Shown: piece by piece, positions 1 through 13,617 of the stretch
How positions within the stretch are numbered: the stretch's first letter is position 1
How the letters are laid out: each line of letters starts with the position of its first letter
DNA from: Ylistrum balloti
Taxonomy: Eukaryota
Assembly (NCBI RefSeq): GCF_031769215.1
Contig: NW_026781890.1
Span: 1,426,001-1,490,000 of the forward strand
Reading direction: 5' to 3'
Length of the DNA stretch: 64,000 bases
Position numbers and translations under genes: made by a program
Notes under the pieces: model-generated
Seen by the model: the letters and a program-made list of their open reading frames with translations, nothing else
What the model was told of the DNA's origin: nothing
Databases searched by the model: none

Positions 1-2739
1 AACATTTGGCAAGAAATATATTTAATCAAACATTGAATCCATTCTGAACAGAGAGAATTAATTTTGTAAAACAGATATGAGAAGAAAATGGGGATCAGAT
101 CTTTCCAAGGTATCAAAGAAATTCACGAGGTAATGTGTTACATTTCTCTGCATCATGGTAATAGTTGTAATGTCTCACCACTGAGAAAACCCATGTACAA
201 CCTAATGTGCGTGACCTACCTCCGAAGACTCGCCATTTTAAACGAAAATCCTACGATAATAAGACACGCACCAAACACTTCTTAGATATTCTTGACAGCT
301 AAACTGAAATTTCTGAAAATCGGAAAAGATAAAATTTTAAACATTACTATTAAGATGTATTTTTTTCTTTTAAGGTGTGAGTGAATGTAATAAAAACTGA
401 TATATATCAATTAAAACTACCCAACTTTCCATCTGGTAACAAACCAGCATCATACATCAACAATACATTGCCTAAATAGCTAAACGATACTACGACTTCA
501 CAACAACACAGTTGTTAAATAACGATGAGGATGGCAATGGACTGCTTCAATCCGTATCGTTATAGGTGTTTTTGAGAAACGTATGATTTGCCACTATTTT
601 GTAGTGGCAACAGAATTGCTGTGTTTCACGTGAAAACATTTATATACTTAGCTATTGCTTTGCCGATGAAATTTATTTGTTAAATAAAAGAATATTTTTT
701 TTTGCAAGTGTAAACCAGCGTTTAAGCACGAACCCATAGCTTGTTATCCTGTTATTTTTAAACAACGACACGACATTATTTTTTTTCTCGTCACGTGCTT
801 ACCGACCAAACCTTAGGCCGACCTAATACCCGTTATGGGCATGTAATTAATTACTGCATGGCGAACACCATAATCCGCTACGTAAGATAACGTCAGATGA
901 GATAAGTGACTGTAAGGCGACCCAGAGACTCGCGTGACACGCTCTTTCCTTAATTAGCTATCAAACTATCATAATGTTCTTTGTTTAATTTTTTAAAACA
1001 TCTTACAACGTTAATCGAATAGTTTTGTTTGCAGACAGAAATGTCTACTTTACATACATTAGAATCTGATGATCTCGGCTACAATATGAAGAGAGAATAG
1101 AGGTGTTGTGCAGTGATATTCCATGCTCCAGCTCAAACACTCCCCTTGGGAAATATCTATATTGAGCTTTCTTCCTATAGCGGGCCTTGGTATACCTAAA
1201 CGTGATTGGTTCTAGTGTAGAAATAACATTTTCAGACAGAATCAATTGTTCGCTTTTCATCTTTAATCTCTAGCTAAAATTTGGCATCTTTGTTTAGTAA
1301 GCCGACAAGCTCAATAAGAGTGTTGAAGACTGGACTTCTTCTTGTCTTGTGGGATTTTCTTTGAAATCAATCACAGAAATTACTTAGTGTCGGCGGGAAC
1401 CTGACGCGAGCTGGCCACGAATCTCTTGAGAGACATGGCTGACGACAGCGCGTAATAACACCATTGTGTTTTAGACAAGGTTTACGTTCCTTCCAGAGCC
1501 TTATTACCACTTGTTAATCACGAACCCATCCGCACCTGAGACACACAATCAAGTCCCTGTCCTGTGGGGGATTACTACTAAACAGCACCTTATCGATTTC
1601 ACCTGAAATGATGGTACTCGAAAAGTGACGTCGTCGACAAATCCAAATGTAGATGAAAGCCGACTATTGATTGACTGATTTCAACTATTATTCTTAAAAC
1701 AATTGCCATTCTCCTCGGAGACCATGTTTTTGTATAGCTGAATACAACTTTGATACTGCCAATTGTTGCTAACACCTTCGATCTGCCATCTATCCAAACA
1801 AACCAACTGATTCGAGTTCACTTTCTGTAAATATCGCCTGATTGATATCAATTTTGCTTTCATACCTGCTGAGAGTGTCGGTCGACCCTATCACTGTATT
1901 ATTAGGTTTATATACAATAGAACAGTGAGTGATGACTCCCTCCCTCGTCTGTGTCAATATTTAGTAACGATGTTAGACCGTAGAATCAATAACATAAATC
2001 TGTTGTACGTTTGTTTTCATAAAAATATTGGTCGTAGTATATAGTGTTCCTATAAAAGTGAGGGGGTGGGGGTGGGTACCACAAACTGCGCATGGCTAAT
2101 GCTATCGTTACCAAGAGATCTTGGAATATCATGAGTTGACAGTCACACGTAGTCTAAATTTTAGACAAGAGCCTTAAACGTTAATGATATTTTTTCTTTA
2201 TTTTATTTCTTTTTAATACTTTCAAGACGAAATTCAGTTACCTAAACAGGAAGAATTGATGGGTTGGATTCGGTTGATATGTTTTCTGTGCCTAATGAAA
2301 CATTTTACTTTGTTAATAGTGTAAATTACAATACAATGTTGTCCATGACACTGTGTCGTCTAACTGTTTAATAGTAGTGTACATAATCATTTCTCAATTG
2401 AACGCATGCACCAAAATGATACGTAGCATCGGCATAGTGTCTGTACTGATTTGTATACACTCTGTGTATCCGCTTGTACAGATAAAACAGATACACGTTT
2501 GATTAAAACATCTCCGTCCACAATAAGGACTTTTTTATGACGAAGAAAACCATTGGCGAACTGTACAAAGTGTTTTTGAATTAATAAATCAAGAAAATAT
2601 GCAGAGAGAAGTCTGCAGACCCGCTTCCATAAAACTCTTCCTTGTAACTTTATGGTATAACATGAATGCCTAATGGTCTGTCACGGTAAATATACAATAT
2701 ATATATATATCGACTTTATGATTTCCCTAGAGTAGACAC

Positions 2740-3320
2740 AATGTTATAGTTGTGGTAACGCGCAAAGCACCAAATCGGACATCGTGCATACATCGTGCAT
2801 ACATCGTGCTCCTATCTTTCGCACACACGCACGATACAATGTCTTGCGCACGACTCTGTGAGTAAAATCACACGTTTGTGTGGTTTAGAGAAAATGGTTG
2901 GCTAAATTCAAGGAATTGAACATTAAACGGAAAACTCGCGTAGATATGACTAAATATTAATCTCATCGGTAATTATTAAAGTCATTTTATTCTCTCTGAA
3001 AATTTTCGGAACAGCATAGATTCGCCGCTTTGTCTTTCAGAGTCTCATTTTGTCTGTGATTGTGCAATTTTTAATGATATTAAATGTAATCTTTTTCGTA
3101 AAGCTATATCTGTTTTACTGTTTTAAGATCGTAATTTTATAACAGTGTTTCATAAGCCGATATCGAATGGATAACAATTTTTCTGTAAATAAAACTGATG
3201 TTTTATTACGATGTGCTACGATATATGACACTCAAATAAGATACACCGTATTGTATAATTGTTAATTCAAAAGTTTTCGAAATAACACTGGACCCCGCAT
3301 TATAGTTTCACACCTGAGCG
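2740..3320 (+). repeat. Dispersed low-copy segment, copy 1 (paralogs at ~9815-9990 + and ~16790-17110 -)
   Basis: Shared landmarks in the same order: (CATCGTGCATA)n block, AACGGAAAACT..GACTAAAT..ATCGGT.ATTA.(A/T)AAGTC, then AATAACACT(G/A)GA..CATTA. About 300 bp extra (2990-3280) in this copy. Confidence 0.7.
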
Positions 3321-3938
3321 AGTGGAGTGTCAAGGACAACAAAAGTAGTTTCACACCTCAGCGAGTGACGAGTGGTGTGTCACGGACAACAAAAGTAGTT
3401 TTACACCTCGGCGAGTGGCGAGTGGTATGTCACGGACAACAAAAGTAGTTTCACACCTCAGCGAGTGGCGAGTGGTGTGTCACGGACAACAAAAGTAGTT
3501 TCACACCTCAGCGAGTGGCGAGTGGTGTGACACGGACAACAAAATTAGTTTCACACCTCAGCGAGTGGCGAGTGGTGTGTCACGGACAACAAAAGTAGTT
3601 TCATACCTCAGCGAGTGGTGTGTCACGGACAACAAAAGTAGTCTCACACCTCAGCGAGTGGCGAGTGGTGTGTCACGGACAACAAAAGTAGTTTTACACC
3701 TCAGCGAGTGAAGTATTGTGCCATGGACAACCAAAGGTAGTTTCACACCTGAGCGAGTGGCGAGTGGTGTGCCACGGACAACCAAAGTATTTTCACACCT
3801 CGGCGAATGGCGAGTTGTGTGTCACGGACAACAAAATGTAGTTTCACACCTCGGCGAGAGGCGAGTGGTCTGTCAGGGACAACAAAAGTAGTTTCACATC
3901 TCAGCGAGTGGCGAGTGGTGTGCCACGGACAACAAAAA
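3303..3938 (+). repeat. 50-bp minisatellite, ~13 copies
   Basis: Unit GTAGTTTCACACCTCAGCGAGTGGCGAGTGGTGTGTCACGGACAACAAAA repeated head to tail; some units lack one GCGAGTG heptamer; no unique spacers. Confidence 0.97.
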
Positions 3939-4757
3939 TATTTGTCTTCGGGTATATACACAAGTCCGGTTAATGTATGATATACCTGTGTAATATATAT
4001 TTTTTGTTATGACACAGAATGAGAGTTATATAGAAGTAATGAAAATAACGGTATGAGATTTTATATGATCCATTGTCGAAACAAAAAGTGATGTCCATTT
4101 AATGTTAACATGAATAATGCATACCGGTATATAATGAGTGTCCGGACAATTATGCTGGTCACTGGTGACACTTGGTAGACAAAACGCTCTTAATTGCAAA
4201 TGTTTATAACTATTCAGTCTGTGTCTGATGGATCGACATGCGTCTATATAATAACGACACATAAAACACATGTCATTCTTTTACTACCAAAGTCATCCAT
4301 ATTTACATACTTATGAACTGCTGGTCCAGATTTTGGCGATTTTAAGGAATTGAACATTTTGCTTGATTAATTCTCTTATAAAACATAATCAACATACACG
4401 TCGCATAGATATAATTGAAAGGTATAATATAACGCATTATTGTCCCAAAAAAATTGTAGGTTTTGGTAATTAAAAAACTAATTGTCGATTTTGCTATCAA
4501 ATCCAGTCTCTTATACTGAAAAAATGTCGTCAAAATCCATGTTTTTTCCTTCATTTTTCAGCTTTTATCCTTCTTTTTAAATTTGAAGACTTTGGCATAA
4601 ATACATTAAAATAAACAAATATATAGCTTACCTCGACATACTTGTTTTGAAATCCTGATCCACTATACTGCTGGAAGTGTTGTGAAATGACATTATAGTT
4701 TAATTAATTAAGAAATTTATTTAGTTGTTTTGTTTTATATTCAAATAACAGAAACGT

Positions 4758-7700
4758 ATGCCTGATAACCGCCGTATGACCTAATGTGCCTGATAACCGC
4801 CGTATGACCTAATGTGCCTGATAACCGCCGTATGACCTAATGTGCCTGATAACCGCCGTATGACCTAATGTGCCTGATAACCGCCGTATGACATAATGTG
4901 CCTGATAACCGCCGTATGACCTAATGTGCCTGATAACCGCCGTATGACCTAATGTTCCTGTACACCACAGTATGACCCAATGTGTCTGTACACCACTGTA
5001 TGACCCAATGTGCCTGTACACCACTGTATGCCCCAATGTGCCTGATAACCGCCGTATGACCTAATGTTCCTGTACACCACAGTATGACCCAATGTGTCTG
5101 TACACCACTGTATGACCCAATGTGCCTGTACACCACTGTATGCCTCAATGTGCCTGATAACCGCCGTATGACCTAATGTGCCTGTACACCACAGTATGAC
5201 CCAATGTGTCTGTACACCACAGTATGCCCCAATGTGCCTGTACACCACTGTATGACCCAATGTGCCTGTACACCACTGTATGACCCAATGTGCCTGTACA
5301 CCACTGTATGACCCAATGTGCCTGTACACCACAGTATGCCCCAATGTGCCTGTACACCACTGTATGACCCAATGTGCCTGTACACCACTGTATGCCCCAA
5401 TGTGCCTGTACACCACAGTATGCCCCAATGTGCCTCTTGACCACTGTATACCCCAACGTATCTGATCGCCGCTGTATGACCCAATGTGCCTCTTGACCAC
5501 TGTATACCCCAACGTATCTGATCGCCGCTGTATGACCTAATGTGCCTGTACACTACTGTATACTCCAATGTGCCTCTACACCACTATATGACCCAATGTG
5601 CCTCTTGACCACTGTATACCCCAACGTATCTGATCGCCGCTGTATGACCTAATGTGCCTCTTGCCCACTGTATACCCCAACGTATCTGATCGCCGCTATA
5701 TGACCCAATGTGCCTGTACACTACTGTATACCCCAATGTGCCTCTACACCACTATATGACCCAATGTGCCTCTTGACCACTGTATACCCCAACGGGCCTG
5801 TTCACCGCTGTATGCCCCAATGTACCTGTTCTCCGCTGTATGCCTCAATGTACCTGTTCACCACTGTATGACCCAATGTGCCTGTTCACCGCTGTATGCC
5901 CCAATGTGCCTGTTCACCGCTGTATGCCCCAATGTACCTGTTCACCACTGTATGACCCAATGTGCCTGTTCACCGCTGTATACCCCAATGTGCCTGTTCA
6001 CCGCTGTATGACCCAATGTGCCTGTTCACCGCTGTATGCCCCAATGTACCTGTTCTCCGCTGTATGCCTCAATGTACCTGTTCACCACTGTATGACCCAA
6101 TGTGCCTGTTCACCACTGTATGCCTCAATGTGCCTGTACACTACTGTATACCCAACGGGCCTGATCGCCGCTGTATGACCCATCGTGCCTGTTCACCGCT
6201 GTATGCCCCAATGTGCCTCTACACCCAATGTGCCTCTACACCACGATATGACTCAATGTGCCTCTTCACCACTGTATAACCCAATGTGCCTGATCACCGC
6301 TGTATGCCCCAATGTACCTGTTCACCACTGTATGCCCCAATGTGCCTGTACACCACTGTATGCCCCAATGTGCCTCAACACCACTGTATGCCCCCATGTG
6401 CCTCTACACCACTGTATATCACAATGTGCCTGATCGCCGCTGTATGACCCAATGCGCCTGTTCACCGCTGTATGCCACAATGTGCCTGTTCTCCGCTGTA
6501 TGCCCCAATGTACCTGTTCACCACTGTATGCTCCAATGTGACTGTTCACCACTGTATGCCCCAATATTCTTGTAAACCACTATATGGCCCAATATGCTTG
6601 TTCACCGCGGTATGCCCCAATGTGTCTGTACACCGCTGTATGACCCAATGTGACTGTTCGCCGCTGTATGCCCCAATGTGCCTGTTCACCACTGTATGCC
6701 TCAATGTGCCTGTACACTACTGTATACCCAACGGGCCTGATCGCCGCTGTATGACCCATCGTGCCTGTTCACCGCTGTATGCCCCAATGTGCCTCTACAC
6801 CACTATATGACTCAATGTGCCTCTTCACCACTGTATAACCCAATGTGCCTGATCACCGCTGTATGCCCCAATGTACCTGTTCACCACTGTATGCCCCAAT
6901 GTGCCTGTACACCACTGTATGCCCCAATGTGCCTCAACACCACTGTATGCCCCCATGTGCCTCTACACCACTATATGACCCAATGTGCCTCTTGACCACT
7001 GTATACCCCAACGGGCCTGATCGCCGCTGTATGACCCAACGTGCCTGTTCACCGCTGTATGCCCCAATGTACCTGTTCTCCGCTGTATGCCTCAATGTAC
7101 CTGTTCACCACTGTATGACCCAATGTGCCTGTTCACCGCTGTATACCCCAATGTGCCTGTTCACCGCTGTATGACCCAATGTGCCTGTTCACCGCTGTAT
7201 GACCCAATGTGACTGTTCACCGCTGTATGACCCAATGTTTTTTTACCGCTGTATGACCCAATGTGCCTGTTCACCGCTGTATGCCCCAATGTACCTGTTC
7301 TCCGCTGTATGCCTCAATGTACCTGTTCACCACTGTATGACCCAATGTGCCTGTTCACCACTGTATGCCTCAATGTGCCTGTACACTACTGTATACCCAA
7401 CGGGCCTGATCGCCGCTGTATGACCCATCGTGCCTGTTCACCGCTGTATGCCCCAATGTGCCTCTACACCACTATATGACCCAATGTGCCTCTTCACCAC
7501 TGTATAACCCAATGTGCCTGATCACCGCTGTATGCCCCAATGTACCTGTTCACCACTGTATGCCCCAATGTGCCTGTACACCACTGTATGCCCCAATGTG
7601 CCTCAACACCACTGTATGCCCCATGTGCCTCTACACCACTGTATATCACAATGTGCCTGATCGCCGCTGTATGACCCAATGCGCCTGTTCACCGCTGTAT

Positions 7701-8345
7701 GCCACAATGTGCCTGTTCTCCGCTGTATGCCCCAATGTACCTGTTCACCACTGTATGCTCCAATGTGACTGTTCACCACTGTATGCCCCAATATTCTTGT
7801 AAACCACTATATGGCCCAATATGCTTGTTCACCGCGGTATGCCCCAATGTGTCTGTACACCGCTGTATGACCCAATGTGACTGTTCGCCGCTGTATGCCC
7901 CAATGTGCCTGTTCACCGCTGTATGCCCCAATGTGCTTGATCATCGCTGTATGACCCAATGTTACTTTTCACCGCTGAATGCCAGTGTGTCTGATCACCG
8001 CTGTATGACCCAATGTGACTGTTCACCGCTGTATGACCCAATGTGCCTGTTCACCGCTGTATGACCCAATGTGACTGTTCACCGCTGTATGACCCAATGT
8101 GCCTGTTCACCGCTGTATACCCCAATGTGCCTGTTCACCGCTGTATGACCCAATGTGCCTGTTCACCGCTGTATGACCCAATGTGACTGTTCACCGCTGT
8201 ATGACCCAATGTTTTTTTACCACTGTATGACCCAATGTGCCTGTTCACCGCTGTATGACCCAATGTTTTTTTACCGCTGTATGACCCAATGTGCCTGTTC
8301 ACCGCTGTAGGACCTAATGTGCCTGTTCACCACTGTATGCCCAAT
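4758..8345 (+). repeat. 28-bp minisatellite, ~3.6 kb, ~128 copies
   Basis: Unit CCTGT(A/T)CACC(A/G)CTGTATG(A/C)CCCAATGTG; variant units form blocks; an internal block is duplicated at 1227 bp offset (marker ATATTCTTGTAAACC at 6564 and 7791). Confidence 0.98.
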
Positions 8346-9404
8346 TTAACTGTTCACTGACACGATGTTAATATACACCAGAAAAACATTAGAATATAAG
8401 TGCAAATGCCCAGCAATTACTGTTTCACAATTAGGTTTTTTAATAAATGGGAATTTAACCCAATAGTCCTAAATTAATGAATTATAAATCCAAACAAGGA
8501 AGTGGTTAATATTCGATCAAGTTTAGGTTACATCCGTTATGAGAACATATGTAGGCGTTTAGAGATTCAATTTGCCTTTCAAGCCAATATTCCATCTTTT
8601 CAGTTTGATAATAGCCCCCAAAATCTCCCGTTCATTCGCCTCCGAGATCTTGCTTTACAATTAACGTAAAAGAAGGGAATTAACTCCATCGTGATAATTC
8701 TAAGATGTAGTTTGAAAAAGAAACCTTCGAAAATACGAAATCCATTCACACGAGTAAAATACCTGTGATGCAAACGATGACGTGATCAATCTGTATGACA
8801 GAATCCCGTTATATTCGTCAAACGGAATTCATTTTATTTGCTGATTGTGTACTGCTTTTAATGTTACAAACACAGTAAATTAGAGACGCTACTGGCCGTA
8901 ATTGAGCAGAACGCTCTCCGTTTCACTGCTGACCCTATGTAGCCCGCTCAGGGAATTTACACGTCTCTCTTTGGGCATATATTTTTCATAAATATCGATT
9001 TTCTCTAATGTTTTCACTGGAAGCATGGCAGTTAGTGTTTGTAGTTTGCAGGTATATGTGTATCTACTAAATATTTTATAATCAGAAACAACAATATTAG
9101 CCCGCCTGCAGATTCCGTAAATCTCCAGGTTTGTTAACAAGGTTTTCAAACAGTTTTGGTGTATCCTAATATCATGTTAATGGTTTCAACGTCAGTGTGA
9201 TGCAAAGGATTTATTAAAAAAACAAGATACCCAATGCCCTCATCAGTTTCTCAAATACACAACGTGTGAAACGAGCAAAAATATAAAGGTCAACAAAACA
9301 GGCAATACTTGAGATGCTTTGCTTTTGAAGTCTCTGTCCACATATTAAAAATACATTGGTATTAACATACACAGTCATCGTCTCCACATAGATCAATATC
9401 GTCG

Positions 9405-9770
9405 GCCCTTACACTGCATCGAATCTGTCATCACCTTATTATATACTATTACCGTCTATTTATATACTTTCATCTAATATTTATGACGTCATTGTCTCCC
9501 AAACACTGGCGACGTACATGGCCGTTGTATTATATCATACTGTCATACCGCTATTTTGTCATTCTTCTCTCATAAACAGCCATCGACATTCCATACACTG
9601 CCATCTTCTCAAACACTCCTTTTAACTCATACACTGCCTTTATTTCCTTATACACAGTAATAGTCAATTCAGACCCTGGTGCCCTCATACGCTTCGTTGC
9701 CACCTTGTAAACTGTATGGTAATCTCCCCATACACTGCCAGCATTTCGGTAGGTATTGACAGTGTATCGT
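9405..9770. repeat. Degenerate tandem tract with CATACACTGCC-like cores
   Basis: Recurrent (C)CATACACTGCC / TATACACAGT motifs at irregular spacing; period not resolvable by eye. Confidence 0.45.
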
Positions 9771-9814
9771 AATACACTATTGACAAGTATACATCTCGTC
9801 GTGTTACAGTTGAT

Positions 9815-9990
9815 GAAAATTTAACGGAAACTAGTAGTTAAGACTAAATAGCGACCACAGAGTTATCATCATTGATCGGTGATTATAAAAGTCCTTTTTC
9901 ATTCTACAGCTTGCGGAATAACACTGGACCCTGCATTAATTAATGTTTCTATCGTATACTTTAACACCTCAGCGAGTGGCGAGTGGTGTA
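9815..9990 (+). repeat. Dispersed segment, copy 2, carrying one unit of the 50-bp repeat
   Basis: AATAACACTGGACCCTGCATT..ACACCTCAGCGAGTGGCGAGTGGTGT matches 3283-3340; 10205-10260 also resembles 4695-4750. Confidence 0.75.
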
Positions 9991-11294
9991 TATTGGGCTA
10001 TACGTGACAGGTCCGGATTGAAAAATGAGAGTAATACCGAAGTAATGAAAATATATTTCCCATCTGACGGTATCAAATTTCAAATGATTAATTGCAGGAA
10101 CAAAAAGAGACGCCCATCTAATGTTTACAAGTTTAATGTACAACTTTGTAAACAAAACACTTTAATCTGTATCTGATAGATATTAACAAGTTCATTCTAT
10201 ATGTTTTAGCTTAATTAAGAAATATGCTTAGTTGTGATCTTATATATTTATAAAATAAATGAACCTCATCCCATACTTATCTATGAGACATTTCTAAATT
10301 TGAATTAATGAGACATTTCTAAATTTAAATTAACCACGATAGATTCGCACCTCTGTCCTACAGAAGCTCATGATGTCCGCACAGATGTGAGATAGCTTAT
10401 TTCGTCCAGTTTTCCTATCGAGCGCACATCGTGCATAGATCTCGGGCGCGATGTGAGATCCAACGACTGTATCATTATACACTGACAATGTCTCTTTATA
10501 GATTACACTGTCAGCTTGTCTGTGTGCATTGTCAGTGTCTTTTATAACACACATACCTGTACAATGTTGTTATATAAACACACACTCTCATTAATATCTA
10601 CTCGTTTCTGGGAATATCCTATGTCAACAAAAAATATAAAGCACAATATTTGTACACGCTGACGATCGATTGTAACTTTTAAGGGCAGATGATTAAAAGA
10701 TTAATGACGAAGATAAATGGGAAGAAGAGTATTGTCATTCTCTCAGAGTTATCATCCATTACACCTGACCTTATCTTTGTAACACAGCTGTTATGAGTCA
10801 ACATATTACGTGTCGTTATCCTTAACTGGACCTCATCGCGTGCGTGACGATCGTAAAATGTTGTACGTGTACAACAGACATTTTATATATGCGCAATTCA
10901 AAGTGGTATACCCGTAAGATCAAAGGAAAAGGTCTGAGACAAAAACAAAACAAAACAAGAGGAATCAAAGCCTTCCACAACCGATTCCATACACCGCCAT
11001 TAAGGTTATAGCATGTAGCACCGCGTTGGTATTTTACAAAGGAACATCACTACAAATTTCCTCTTCAATTCAGCGTGTATGCCCATAAAAGCAAGGGTTA
11101 TTACAGTAGCTTTCAGAAACAATGACGGAACATTTATTCCGGATTGCATAATAAATCAACATTTTAAAAAGAAAAAACGTATAAAAACATGAGCCCGGCA
11201 TTGGATAATTGATATAACCTTTTGTATCTGGATAAAATATTTTTTCGAAAGGTTGTAATATTTTGTCTGTGTGCAGTGAAGACTGTTATAGTAT

Positions 11295-13617
11295 TACACA
11301 TGTAACACAACTGATGTGTATCCGTGTCGATGTCACACACGCACGACTGGTGTGAACCCGCGTACATGTAACAAATACACAGCTGTGTCACTACCCGTGT
11401 ACATGTCACACACGTACAGCTGTGTCAGTACCCGTGTACATGTCACACACGTACAGCTGTGTCAGTACCCGATTACATTTTACACACGTACAACTGTGTC
11501 AGTACCCGTGTACATGCTAATCAAGTACTGCTGTGTTACTATCCGTGTACATGTTACACACGTACAGCTGTGTCAGTATCCGTGTACATGTTACACACGT
11601 ACAGTTGTGTCATTACCCGTGTGCATGTTACACCCGTACAGCTGGGTCAGTATTCGTGTGCATGTAACACACGTAGAGTTGTATCATTAGCCGTGTACAA
11701 GTTACAAACGTACAAATGTGTCAGTACCGGTGTACATGTTAAAAACGTACTGCTGTGTCAGTACCCGCGTGCATGTTACACACGTACAGCTGTATCAGTA
11801 CCCGTGTACATGTTACACACATACAGCTGTATCAGTACCCGTGTACATGTTACACACGTACAGCTGTGTCAGTACCGGTGTACATGTTAAAAACGTACTG
11901 CTGTGTCAGTACCCGTGTGCATGTTAAACACGTACTGCTGTGTCAGTACCCGTGTACACGTAACATACGTACAGCTGTGTCAGTACCCGATTACATTTTA
12001 CACACGTACAACTGTGTCAGTACCCGATTACATTTTACACACGTACAACTGTGTCAGTACCCGTGTACATGCTAATCAAGTACTGCTGTGTTACTATCCG
12101 TGTACATGTTACACACGTACAGCTGTGTCAGTATCCGTGTACATGTTACACACGTACAGTTGTATCATTACCCGTGTGCATGTTACACCCGTACAGCTGG
12201 GTCAGTATTCGTGTACATGTAACACACGTAGAGTTGTATCATTAGCCGTGTACAAGTTACAAACGTACAACTGTCAGTACCCGTGTACATGTTACACACG
12301 TACGGCTGTGTCAGTACCCGTGTACAATTACACACGAACAGCTGTGTCAGTACCCGTGTACAATTACACACGAACAGCTGTGTCAGTACCCGTGTACACG
12401 TTACACACGTACAGCTGTGTCAGAACCCGTGTACACGTTACATACGTACAGCTGTGTCAGTACCCGTTTACACGTTCCACACGTACAGCTGTGTCAGTAC
12501 GCGTGTACACGTTACACACATACGGCTGTGTCAGTACTCATGTACATGTTACACATGTACAGCTGTGTCAGTACGCGTGTACACGTTACACACATACGGC
12601 TGTGTCAGTACTCGTGTACTTGTTACACATGTACAGATGTGTCAGTACGCGTGTACACGTTACACACATACGGCTGTGTCAGTACTCGTGTACATGTTAC
12701 ACATGTACAGCTGTGTCAGTACTCGTGTACACGTTACACACGTACAGCTTTGTCAGTACTCGTGTACATGTTACACACGTACAGCTGTGTCAGTCCGCGT
12801 GTACACGTTACACACATACGGCTGTGTCAGTACTCATGTACATGTTACACATGTACAGCTGTGTCAGTACGCGTGTACACGTTACACATGTACAGTTGTG
12901 TCAGTACTCGTGTACATGTTATTATACACGTACAGCTGTGTCACTACCCGTGTACATGTTAATCACGTAGTGCTGTGTCAGTACCCGTGTACATGTTACA
13001 TGCATACAGCTGTGTCAGTACCCGTGTACATGTTACACACGTACAGCTGTGTCAGTACCCGTGTACACGTTACATACGTACAGCTGTGTCAGTACCCGTT
13101 TACACGTTACACACGTACAGCTTTGTCAGTACGCGTGTACACGTTACACTCATACGGCTGTGTACATGTTACACATGTACAGCTCTGCCAGTACGCGTGT
13201 ACACGTTACACACGTACAGTTGTGTCAGCACTCGTGTTCACATGTTACACGCGTACAGCTGTGTCAGTACGCGTGTACACGTTACACATATACGGCTGGG
13301 TCAGTACTCGTGTACATGTTACACATGTACAGCTGTGTCAGTACGCGTGTACACGTTACACACATACAGTTGTGTCAGTACGCGTGTACACATTACACAC
13401 ATACAGCTGTGTCAGTACGCGTGTACACGTTACACACGTACAGCTGTGTCAGTACTCGTGTACATGTTACACACGTACAGCTGTCAGTACCCGTGTACAT
13501 GTTACACACGTACAGCTGTGTCAGTACACGTGTATACGTTACACACATACAGTTGTGTCAGTACGCGTGTACACGTTACACACGTACAGCTGTGTCAGTA
13601 CCCGTGTACACGTACTG
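11295..13617 (+). repeat. 37-bp minisatellite, ~2.3 kb, ~62 copies
   Basis: Unit GTACCCGTGTACATGTTACACACGTACAGCTGTGTCA; degenerate at the 5' end; a block is duplicated at 555 bp offset (marker GATTACATTTT at 11471 and 12026). Confidence 0.98.

Noticed and set aside
3303-3938. CRISPR-like array
   Set aside because: Units are contiguous with no unique spacers, there are no cas genes, and the context is eukaryotic.
4809-8064. Many Cys/His-rich ORFs on both strands
   Set aside because: They are translations of the 28-bp repeat; they overlap in several frames and have no unique sequence or splice context.
10283-10332. 25-bp direct doublet (ATGAGACATTTCTAAATTT.AATTA)
   Set aside because: Ordinary local slippage duplication.
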